Positions 1 through 10,619 of a DNA stretch of 64,000 nt are shown here, piece after piece (the stretch's first letter is position 1; each line of letters starts with the position of its first letter). The notes below the pieces were generated by a model. It was not told where the DNA came from, did no database searches, and saw only the letters and a program-made list of their open reading frames with translations. Origin of the DNA: Epiperipatus broadwayi (taxonomy: Eukaryota > Animalia > Onychophora); contig JAQFVV010000002.1 in the NCBI GenBank assembly GCA_028023455.1, forward strand, positions 12,090,001-12,154,000, written 5' to 3'. The translations under genes and the position numbers were made by a program.

Positions 1-86
1 TCTTTTATCAATTCTATACAAAATTTTTACCAAAATAATTACAACTCATTTATAGAGAACTTTGGATTTTAACCACCAAAAAAAAA

Positions 87-235
87 AAAAACTGGATTTA
101 AAAGTGGTTTTAGCACAGTAGATCATATCTAAGTATTGAGAAAAGTTATAGAAAGGACCAATTAATATGAGTTGCCATTATGCTTTGGATTTGTAGATTA
201 TGAGAAAGCATTCTGATTCTATAAGCATTTCTTAA
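87..235 (+). mobile_element. RTE-clade LINE reverse transcriptase fragment (decayed)
   Basis: Manual translation FKSGFSTVDHI*VLRKVIERTN*YELPLCFGFVDYEKAF/DSI matches the RTE RT motif GFST.DHI..LRQ.IEK..EY..PL...FVDYEKAFDS. Confidence 0.85.
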
Positions 236-238
236 GTT

Positions 239-632
239 AAAAATCTTGTAATATTTCTTTGAAATTCTACATTTTATTTATTATTATAAATCTTCCATAA
301 TACTGAAATATCTTAAACCATCAATGGCATTGCACTTGCTGTTTTTTTTTTTTTGGAAATGTGTCGTTTAAACAATTTTTTAGATTTACTCATGTTTTTT
401 TTTTTTTACAAATTTTGTACAATATTATCTTGATTTCTCAATAATCATCTACTGAATATATATTACATTTTTTTGCTAAAAATCTTGCAATATTTCTTTG
501 AATTCCATTGTATTATGTGCTACTATTTTTTAGAATTGAGCATACAATATTACCTTGATTTCTCAATAATCATCTATTGAATACATACTACATTTTTTGT
601 TAAAAATCTTGTAATATTTCTTTGAATTCCTT
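239..632. repeat. Imperfect local duplication (~125 bp unit; motif AAAAATCTTGYAATATTTCTTTGAA three times), possibly a minus-strand RT relic
   Basis: Motif at about 239, 478 and 602; 418-508 is repeated at 543-632; minus strand gives MIIEKSR, similar to the RT motif LRMIIEKSRE. Confidence 0.6.
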
Positions 633-644
633 GGAATGACACTT

Positions 645-745
645 GACATTCACAATGACTCTTGGAATAATGATCGATGCTGAAAAGATAGAAGACTTAT
701 CTCCCCAGCGTCGATCATCATTCCAAGAGCTATTGTGAACGTTGA
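645..745. repeat. Short-loop foldback hairpin with an extra partial arm copy at 748-782
   Basis: GACATTCACAATGACTCTTGGAATAATGATCGATGCTG pairs with the reverse complement of CAGCGTCGATCATCATTCCAAGAGCTATTGTGAACGTT; inner GATA/TATC closes a ~7 nt loop. Confidence 0.75.
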
Positions 746-971
746 GTGTCGATCGTCGTTCCAAGAGTCGTTGTCAACATCGCAGCTCTAATACCAAACT
801 ATTTGAAATAATTTAACAAAAAATATATATAATTTATAATCTAATTAAGATAAAAAATAAAACAAAATAAATGGCAGATATATATATATGTGTGTGTGCA
901 TATATACTCATATATGTTTAATCTTGAAGTTATAAAGTTAAATCTATGATGAAGAGACAATTAATTTAAAA

Positions 972-1190
972 AGTGGGCATGTACAGTACTATAAAGGCAA
1001 AAACATTGAAAATATAAATAGAGTAGCATTCATTATAAATAAAAAATAAAAGAACATTACAGAGATTGATGATGTATCAGACAAAATGCAAGATTAGTTA
1101 TTCAACTCAATAGCAGAAACCAAATGCAGATAATTCAGATTTATGCCTCAAGAAGTTCTCATAGTGATGAAGAAATAGAAGTTGTTTTAA
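972..1190 (+). mobile_element. RTE-clade LINE AP-endonuclease fragment (decayed)
   Basis: SGHVQYYKG...RVAFIINKK...IIQIYASRSSHSDEEIE matches the RTE EN motifs GVGF.INK and IIQVYAPTS.H.DEEIE. Confidence 0.75.
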
Positions 1191-1759
1191 ATGAATGAAT
1201 AAAATACTTTTGAACAGATCAAACAATATTTTAAAATTATCGTGGGAGAGTTAATTGAAAAATGAAAGTTTTATTATTTAATGGATTGAACTTGCAAAAC
1301 AATTAAATTATTTGGATTTAATTCTTGTTGTAGAATTTCATATCAAATGGGCTTAACCATTTTTAATTATTTAAAATCTTAACTGAGTTGTTTTGCAATA
1401 TATTCCCTACATTTTTGATAAGAGAAAGTTTTAGTCTAATTTATAGAATTTACAAGTTTTTTTTAATTTTAAAACATTTTTTTTAATCAAACCTATCACC
1501 TTATTTAATATTATTTTACAATATATTTAATGATTTTAACATTAATAATTTTAACATTTGAAAATACATATTATGGTTATATTTAACAATCCTTACAACT
1601 CTGAACCAACTTACTTTAGAACTATGTGGAAAACCACAAGACTAATCCTTCTATTAACTTTTCTCTTTTCCATCTGGAATTTTGTAAGTTTCTCATTCTG
1701 CTTATTGGTCATTCATATAATGCTTCTTTGTAGTGATTTAAAGTTGATATTTATCTAGA

Positions 1760-3400
1760 AATTTTTTTCTTCTGTCATAATTCTGAAGAAATATTAACCA
1801 TTGTGAGAATTTTATCACTACTAACTTCACAGTGATAAATAAAATTGATACGTATAAGTATACTTCTTCTGAACAAATCTCATTAAATCCTGCACATTAA
1901 TATATATAATAGATATATAAGTAAAAGGTCTGTTGTGCACAAATTTGGTGTTTAATTCAGGCAGTTGGATTTCTTTATCCAATATATTTGATTAGCTTAG
2001 ATGATAAGTCCTGTCCTTTGCGTATCTTTTCATCCCATACTTTTGATCCCTCTGATCTTTGACTTAAGTCATCAGGCTTATGTTCTTGTATTTGAATGTT
2101 TATTTTTATTTGTTCTTATTCACTTTCAATTTCCTTTAATAGTTTTAGTTCATTATCATCCTCTTGTTTTGATTCACCAGGTTTACTTTCAACCATTTAA
2201 TCTTTTATTTCTAACTATACTTGTATTTCTTCTTCTTCACATAGTTTTAATTCATCTACTACATCTTGTTTTAATGTATCATATCCATTTTCTAGCATTT
2301 CATATTTTATTTGAACCTGCTCTTGTTGAATTTATTCCTCAGATCATGTTTGAATGCATCAGGTTTATCTATTATCATTTTGTCTTTTATTTAAATCTGT
2401 TGTTGAATTTCTATTTCTTCATATAGTTTTAATTCATCATCTACATACTGTTTTACCTCAACAAGTTTATCTTCTTTTATTTGAACCTGTTCTTGCTTTG
2501 TTTGTTTTTTCTAAATAATATAAGTTCATCATCTTCACCTTGTTTTAATGTATCAGATCCATCTTCTATCTTTTGTTTTTTTTTACTTTTATTACTTCTG
2601 GTTCTATTATAACTTCATCACATATTTTTGGTTCATCTGATTTTAATTATATTTTAATTTGTTTAACCTCTATCATTTGATCCATTGTTTCTTCTGTAAG
2701 CTATACTTGCTTATTTTCTGTCCCGTCCTCTATTTGTTTTGGAACATTCAAATTTTTTTGTCTAATTCAGCTAATTCATCTTCAGTATTTTGCTCTATCT
2801 GTCTATCCTCTTTTGGGATCACTTGCATCATCTGATTCTGTCCTATAGTTTGTTGAAATTTTTCCCTTTTGGGTATTTTCTATCTTTTCTATGATTGGAT
2901 TCATTTGTGTTTGTCCATTTTCTAATCTTAATTCCATCTTTGTTAATATTGTGTTAATCACCTACATCAAATCTAATTATGATGTTGCAGCATTTCTCAG
3001 AAATTTTTCTCTTCATTAATCCGTTTTTACTCCATTTATTTAAATATGTCTTTATTTAAACCAACACCATCCATATTGAAAATCTCTTTATCATTTTTCT
3101 TTATGCTATCTTCTTCACAGTTTGTTTCTAAACTTTCTTCTGCAATCATTTCCTGGTTTCTACATTCATCTCATTTTGATTTTGCATTTTCTTAATCAGA
3201 AAATTTTCCTTAATACACAATGAACTCATTAATACTAATATATTTATAACTGGATTCACCACAACTGTACTACATCATCCCCTGGATCATCTTGAAATCT
3301 AACAATTGGATGCTCTTTTTTTACAACTTCAGTTTTGTTTAAATTTTTTGTTTTTATAAGGTAATTACAGAGAGAAAAAAATATTATTTGATCAACAATG
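1760..3400 (-). pseudogene. Degenerate E/K/D/Q-rich ORF with internal peptide repeats, unidentified
   Basis: Minus-strand peptides DTLKQDVVDELKLCEEE, ESKQEDDNELKLLKEIE, DTLKQGEDDELIL and EVKQYVDDELKLYEEIE, with many stops and frameshifts. Confidence 0.5.
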
Positions 3401-3693
3401 CCATTTGTCTATATCCAGATTACTCAAATTGATTGAACTTGCAAAACAATTATTAAATTGCTTCAATTTTTCTCTTGTTACTGAATCTAATATCAAATAG
3501 GCGTAACCTTTTTTTAATTTAATTATTTAACATCTATTTCTTAACTGACTTATTTTGCAATATATTCTGTACATTCCTTGATAAGAGAAAGTTTTGACCT
3601 AATTTATATAATTTACAAGTTTCTCTTAATTTTTAAAATTTTTTAAAATAAACTTATTACATTATTTAATATTATTTTACAATATGACAGTTA

Positions 3694-4061
3694 TTTGAAA
3701 TACTATCTGCGCTTTATAAATTAAATATTATTTACATACGTTACTGCAAGTTATAACATCTAAAAACTACTGCATAGTAAATGGTAGGATTTCATGCTGT
3801 ATGTTTGTAATTTAAACTCAGTGAATTAAATGTGAATATGTTTGAAGATTCACGCTTTCAAATCTAAGTACTTCAGACTGGCTTGGATATATAGAAAGAC
3901 AAGTAAAGAAGAAGGTGGACACCCTTTTCTTATTAAATTATCGGTCTTGTATTTATGATTTGATCGCTCATAATAACACCTGATTGGCAAATAAGCATGA
4001 GAGGTTTGCAGTCTCTCAGTTTAATTTCAAATACTGTCTGCGCTTTATAAAATATTATTTA
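3694..4061. mobile_element. 368 bp insertion with ~40 bp terminal direct repeats and a 13 bp TSD
   Basis: AATATGACAGTTA at 3681-3693 and 4062-4074; TTTSAAATACTRTCTGCGCTTTATAAA..ATATTATTTA at both ends; absent from the paralogous repeat near 1530. Confidence 0.7.
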
Positions 4062-4549
4062 AATATGACAGTTAATAATTTTAACATTTGAATATAGATA
4101 GTATTATTACATTTAACAATCTTTGCAACCCTAAACTAACTCACAACCATATAGAAGATCACATGGCTAACAGTGAAATGAATAAAACATTATTCATTAC
4201 AATATATAAATATATATTATTTTAACTAACTTATGCATCACCACATACAGTATCACATAGACTGAGAATAATATGCATTGCAATATCTGATGTAAAACAA
4301 ATTTCATACTTAATAAATATTTAGATATATGCAATGAACTGGCTAATATGCATAAGAAATATTTGTAACTAATAAAATCTCATATTTATAATGCATTCCT
4401 TGGTAGTTTGTTATCAGATCATGAGCTATCATTCAGGGTAAAAATTTTCCTGGCCATATAAATTAAAAAAAATAAAACTATATAATAAATCATCATCATA
4501 AGTAGATATAACTCCGCCCTCTCAATGCAAAAAAAAAGTCTTGCACTAA

Positions 4550-5480
4550 GTATGCAATATATAATTACAAGTATATTCACATATACTATTTTCTAGTCAT
4601 TTAGATTCTCTACTTGATAGATGACAAAACTATTTTTAAGCTCATCTGCAGCAAACTATTCTTACTAAAAAATTATCTTGTATAACTCTTCAGTGAACTC
4701 TACTTTTAGTTATATGCTCCAATAAAAGAAATTGATACTGCCATTATAGATTATTAAAATAATCTTTATAGCATAAATAAGATCTTGCAGACATCATGTT
4801 CAATTTCAATATAAAATATTCTTTTTCAAAATCTCTTACTTTTCATTCACTTCACAAGTTACTAAACTACAAATTCATTATCATCATATCCTTCAAGTTG
4901 AAAAACCTATCTATTTTCACAACACTGTAAAGCATCATTAAATAACATTTTTTCAAATGTCTGTATTACATCAATAAGAGATTCATATCTTACTTCTATA
5001 CAATAATAGTCCAATATGCATCTAATTTATATAATGAAATACACTATATTTTAATTTGTTAAATACAGTAGCATCAGTCTAAAATCTGAAGTATATAATC
5101 AAGTAAAAAAAAAATTAACTATATGTATTATATTTGTTACTATTATAGGCAAAAGCTTCTTTTTGGCAGTTTGCCTGATTATGCCATTTCAACATCAAAT
5201 TCTATCTTTCTACCAAAATTTCACCAAAATATTTAAGTGTATCCATATTCTCAAACCAGAGCTAAAAATTGTGAAAATTTTCTTCTATCATATGTTGGTA
5301 AAGTATCTTAGATTGTTTGACATTAATTACTAAATCAAACTCTTTCAAAACATTAAGTACATTCTGATAATCATATTTTAAAATGTATGTAGTAAATCAA
5401 GCTGCAAAAATACGAAGTTTTTGTCTCAAATAGTAACAAATATAATACCCAAAATTATTCCTTTTCAATTTATCAATCAT
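4550..5480 (-). mobile_element. Highly decayed non-LTR RT C-terminal region (RTE-like)
   Basis: LRIFAA*F...VLKEFDLVINVKQSKI...DTLKYFGEIL resembles FADD...L...GL.IN..KSK...KYLG. Confidence 0.45.
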
Positions 5481-5686
5481 TCATTGTAAATATACAAGTA
5501 GACTCATTTTATTTTAAATTATTATTATTATTTTCAACAAATGAAAAATAAAACAGTAATAAAAATCCACTATTATAAAAAGTACAGAGACTAAACTCTC
5601 CATACAGTAGCACCACTTAGTGCAAGCCATAGTAATCAATGGATGCAGGAAGGTTTGTGCATAAATTCCCTATCTAGTGCCTACTT

Positions 5687-5741
5687 ATCCAATCTCCCCA
5701 AGACTAGTTTCTAGCTTGTGACATTCATCAGTGAGTTGGAT
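5687..5741 (-). ncRNA. Hammerhead ribozyme, family A (core CUGAUGA, GUC triplet, damaged stems)
   Basis: ATCCAA CTCA CTGATGA ATGTCACAAGCTA GAAA CTAG TC TTGGGGA GA TTGGAT. Confidence 0.7.
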
Positions 5742-6156
5742 CTGAGAACTCTGCATCTAGATTTTAGGATCAAATGCAACCCTCCAGCAGCCACTTTTTA
5801 AACTTATTAGCTAACTATAAAGATTTGAGTCCAAAATAAAAACATAATAATGTTTTCAATTCAAGATTATTACCTTATATAATCATATAGATCTAAACTC
5901 AGTTCAGGGTCCATACTTTTTGGTATCTTCGGTTTTTTTAATAACCACAATGACCATAATCCTGTTGGGCAGGATTGGTATTAAGCCACTAAACATCACA
6001 TGATCACTATTCTTTATGCTTACACAAGTTGTTTACTCAGAGACTAAACTTTCCATACAGTAGCACCCCTCAAAGCTTTATAGTTGGCTAATAGGGTAAA
6101 AGGTCACTGCTGGAGAAGTTGCATTAGATCCCAAGATCTAGGTCCAGTACTCTCAG

Positions 6157-6215
6157 ATCCAAGGCTCCTCATTGATGAAAGCCACAAGCTAGAAAATAGT
6201 CTGGGGATATTGGAT
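6157..6215 (+). ncRNA. Hammerhead ribozyme, family A (C3U and C15.2A mutations)
   Basis: ATCCAA GGC TCCTCA TTGATGA A AGC CACAA GCT A GAAA ATAG TC TGGGGA TA TTGGAT. Confidence 0.7.
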
Positions 6216-6590
6216 AAGTAGGCACTAAATAGGGATTTTATGCACAAACTTTCCTGCATCCATTGATTACTCTGGCTTGCACTGAATGGTGCTACTGTAT
6301 GGAAAGTTTAGTCTCTGTGTAAACAGCATGTGTAAGCATAAAGAATGGGATCATGTGATCTTTAGTAGTATTATAAAAAATACAAATAAAATATATTACA
6401 CACCCACTAGGTATATAATAATTTCTCCTTCACTCTATTAAGAATTCTTTAAATGGTATTTTTACTTGAGAAAATATTTATAAGCAGGCAAATTAGCTCC
6501 ATGAAACTAGATTATTTGAAAGCATTTATTTGTAAACTATAATTTTCTGTGAGAAGATCCCCTTATTGACATTAAAATTATAACACTAAA

Positions 6591-6645
6591 CATCACATAA
6601 TCACCATTCTTTATACTACTATATGGAGAGTTTTGCCTGTGTGTG
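6591..6645. mobile_element. Family A 55 bp mini-insertion made of two inverted end pieces
   Basis: CATCACATAATCACC (forward) followed by GGAGAGTTTTGCCTGT (reverse); TSD TAACACTAAA at 6581-6590 and 6646-6655. Confidence 0.7.
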
Positions 6646-7600
6646 TAACACTAAAATTAGAAGTTACTAAATTATATATTGTATAAATGCTTATAGTATA
6701 TTACAAAATTCTTTTTAAAAAACTAAATAAATGTAATATCTAAATAAAGATGAAAAAATTGCTAATGCTATTAAATTATTAATCTTCCAAGCCAATAAAT
6801 ATTAAATCTGCAAAACTTGCAAGTTTTTCTAAATTGAATTATAAAACACTAAGTCCAATTAGATTAGCATTTTGTATTTATGCTCAATTATTTTGTTAAA
6901 AAATTACTATGGATTAGAATAATTAAATTACAAGAACTAAAATAAAATATATACTATCAATTACGTTGATGTGCATATATATATTTAAAAATGTAAAATT
7001 AAATTTATTTGCAACATATAAAAAAAAACATGACATAAAAACAATATGATTACATTTATGTAATTATTTTATGACAAGCAGGATTTTTTTAGCTTGATAC
7101 AAGATGCTACAATTAAATAATAATATTTAATTAACAATAATAATAGTAGTTGGCTATTTCTTGTTATCCCGATAATACAGCTTATTTTAGCATACTACAT
7201 TAAGAACTGCATTGCAGAACAATAAAGCCTTCATAACAATTACTCTTTCAAATATATTATCAAAACATCAAATAAATTATTTCAAATAACATTTAATTTA
7301 TAATCAGTATTGACATTTTTGATCTCTTATACCCTATGTAAGTATATATTACTTAATTACTTCTTTTCAAATTCAAAAATTAAACGGGATTTTATATGAT
7401 CATTACTAATTCATAAAATGCTTCATTTTTTAGATTTTTAAATACCTATTAAAAGATGGGGCTATAATGATTATTAAAAATAAATTGATATATATATATT
7501 TATCTGATAGTAAGTTTGCATGATTAAAAATTAAACACTTGACTCATGGTACAAATGCCATTCTTGCCAAACTTTCAGTTCTCCATTCAATACTAATAAA

Positions 7601-7890
7601 ATGTGATGTGATGTGATGTATTATGGCTTCTCCTTAAACGAAGTCAAGAATATCTCAGCAATTATGCCCAGATAAACCTGTCAGCCACTTTCTTTTACAT
7701 TCCCCACTCTAAATTTACCCATAATCTGCTCTATCCCATTTCCACAACATAATTTTTGTCAACTCTATAACCTTTATATCTAAATCCCCCTTATCTTTTC
7801 CCAAACCCAGCATAAAAACCAATAATTCACTTTCTGTATAATCACTCTTTTCATATTTATTTTTCCACAACTTCATTATATGTACCCTTT
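7601..7890 (-). mobile_element. LINE 3' end with (CATCA)n tail, same family as 51563-51936 and 56360-56790
   Basis: ORF track ERVHIMKLWKNKYEKSDYTESELLVFMLG is nearly identical to the other two copies; 3' UTR GACTTCGTTTAAGGAGAAGCC then TACATCACATCACATCACAT. Confidence 0.85.
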
Positions 7891-7892
7891 CA

Positions 7893-7958
7893 AACTTTGA
7901 CACTGCGCTCTCTAGCGTTAAAATATATAAATAATCAGAACGCAGTGTCAAAGGTTAA
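7893..7958. repeat. Tiny inverted-repeat element with one piggyBac-like end
   Basis: TTTGACACTGCG ... CGCAGTGTCAAA; the right end reads TTAA-CCTTT on the minus strand; CpGs retained. Confidence 0.5.
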
Positions 7959-10031
7959 AACCTTTAAGTAATTACATATACTCACTTGTGCTTAATAAAA
8001 ATATATAATTATTAAAATATATAAACGTAAATTCATTTTAAAAATGTAATATGAACTACAACTAATGAATCTATTAATTTTACTAATAATAACTGATTAT
8101 AAGCTTTGCCTTAACTAAATGCATTTTCACTACTATAGTATAAATTGTCTTCTGGTCTTTGCTAAAAAAAACCCAATGGTGATCATCACATACAGATGCT
8201 ATAAGTATTGCACTCATTCCTATTTTTGGGTACACAATCAGATAGCGATTCTCTTTCTATGTTTTACTCTTCAAACTTATATTTCAATCTATATTACAAA
8301 GTATAATAAATAAGATTCAAAATAATACATACAAAATAATAGTTACCTATCTTTCTCTCTAAAAAGAGGGAGAGATAAAGTTCTTTACTCTTATCAATAA
8401 TACTGAAAAGTAAAAAAAAAAAAAAGTAAACATCACAATCAAAAGAACAGCAAAATGATGGATTATGTAAATCTGTTTTCACTATCATCTAAAATTCAAT
8501 GGTTTCATAATATTTTATACATATTTTTAGAATAAAAAGAGATAAGCATTATTTAAATTATTTATCTTTCAAAATTAAAACTGTAATGAAAAAAAATAAA
8601 CATATATGATATAAAGTTTTATTTTTATTTCAGAAATTAAAGATTTTTGATCAGAAAATATAGATTAAATATTAAATTACAAAAATATTAAGTATTTAAA
8701 AGTATCAAATATATATTTCCATGTAAATTGTAATAAATTGTTTTTCTCTTCACTAGTGAAAATTGTAATTATAAAAATGCGATTTTATTTCCGCATTTAT
8801 CTGTAAATAAAAGTAGTTTAATTTGTATAAATTTCATCAATTAATATAATCAGTAATCAATTTTATAAAAAAATACATATATATATTATAATAGATGCAG
8901 TGAGGAGTAATCAAGAGAAGATAATCAAACCACAGGCTGAGTGTGTACTTTGTGATAAGAGATGGTTGGAGAGTATTTAAACAAGAAAAATAATATATTG
9001 TCAAACTTCAACTTTCAATTAAAATAAAAAGGTTTACAACAAGAATTGATTAACCATTAAAGGCAAAGTGATGATGATGATTTGAATTTATTGCAAGCAC
9101 CATCTAGTGCTTTTAAAAGTATGGCACCATCATGGACATACAACCAATTGATCTACTCCCTAAAGGAATTCATTAGCTCATGTGGTAGTTATCCTTAACA
9201 TCTATGCCTAATAAATATTCAATTATCACAAACACCAAATAGAGAAGTTTAAAATGGTATACTAATATTAATGATGCATAAAAAGAGATGCAAATCGACC
9301 AGAGATTTGGTATTTTAATAAGTTAAAAAAGTAATAATAAATGTAAAAAGGATTTTAAATATGGTATAAATGGGCATTTTATTATGCAATATGTCAGTTA
9401 AAAATTTAGTTTTTATAATAATAAATAATTTGCTCAAAATTAATTTTGTTAAATACAAATATACAATGTCTAACAAGAACAGATATACACTAAGCAAAAG
9501 TAATAATAATAATAACAAATATTTACAATACAATTTTCACTTAAAATTACACATAAAACTAAGTAATAATAATAATCACAAAATGTTTTATAAATAAAAA
9601 GAATTTAATAATGAATCAAACAAAAATAAAATTCTTACCAAAGTACACTTTTGGTTTTCAATTTTTTCTGAGCTTAAAATAATAATAATAAATATATTTA
9701 TGGTTTTACAAAATTATCTTGAAAGATTAACTGAAAGCATTTTATTAACTTTTTTGCAAACAACCAAAAGATTTGTAGTGCTTTATTTCATGTTTATGCA
9801 GATAAGTCAATTTTTATCATCTTTTGAAATGTAAAACTAATTGCATCTTTGGTAATTATTTAAATTATAATTATTCATTATAAAAGTTTCTTGTGATTCT
9901 CTTTAGATTTTATTACTTTAACTTTCTCTTCTTACTTTTATATAATTTCCAGTTCTGTACAAATATTGAAAATTAAGCATCTGTCTGTTGAGCAGTTATG
10001 TCTATACTATGTCCTGAGGATAACTATTACC

Positions 10032-10585
10032 AGTTAGGCACTGTTAGATAAATAAAACCATACTCAAAAAATTTTTATATAACAATATTTAATCAACAAT
10101 AATAATAATTATATAAAAAGCATTAAAAATGTAATCCATAAATTCAAATAATCTGTAATTTATGTTTGAGTAGAAATAGCCATCATTCACGCTGAGTTAA
10201 ATAATTTCATGAATGTTTTCAAATTAAGTCTCCTACACATACACATGTATATTATCAATTACATGTAATTCTTTTATAAATAACTATGGTTCACCATTTT
10301 AAATGTCTTTAACAGACAATATATTATTTCAATATTCAAATAGACTCTTTAAAGGTCACAATTTGAGTATTTTCTTGGCACACATAATTTACACATTTAC
10401 CTTAACACAATTCCACTATTATTTCTGAACTTAAATTAATTAATTTTCTTCAATAATCATTTTTATCTGCCCACAAATACTTCTTTCCCACTGCACATTG
10501 ACTGTACGGAAATTTAATTTATTTACTCTGTTCATCTGTATGAAAATGCCTTTATTTGCATACAAATTTTATTTAATTAATTCCA
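10032..10585. repeat. Long direct repeat, copy 1 (LTR-like)
   Basis: Collinear with 13442-13953: TATATAACAATATTTAATCAA, ATAAAAAGCATTAA, TCAAATTAAGTCT, CCTTTATTTG(C/T)ATACAAATTTTATT. Confidence 0.75.
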
Positions 10586-10619
10586 GTGATCTCTTTATAG
10601 ATTTTCTAGAATAGTTTTA

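Larger units (their letters stand above)
1290..4170. repeat. Diverged direct repeat pair (about 1290-1650 and 3430-4170; the second copy is interrupted by an insertion)
   Basis: Shared GATTGAACTTGCAAAACAATT, TTTTGCAATATATTC, TTGATAAGAGAAAGTTTT and TTATTTAATATTATTTTACAATAT. Confidence 0.8.
5587..6368. mobile_element. Family A non-coding HHR element: one 453 bp unit plus a partial unit, then an inverted arm
   Basis: GAGACTAAAC at 5587 and 6040 (period 453); 6100-6365 is the reverse complement; TSD TATTATAAAAA(G/A)TACA at 5571-5586 and 6369-6384. Confidence 0.85.

Noticed and set aside
2001-2426. 141 aa hydrophobic plus-strand ORF
   Set aside because: It is the antisense shadow of the purine-rich acidic repeat ORF on the minus strand.
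3845-3885. CTGAAGT...GAAAGCGTG on the minus strand
   Set aside because: No credible stem I or II, and no NUH triplet.
8890-9310. GC-richer coding-like stretch
   Set aside because: All frames are interrupted and no motif was recognised.
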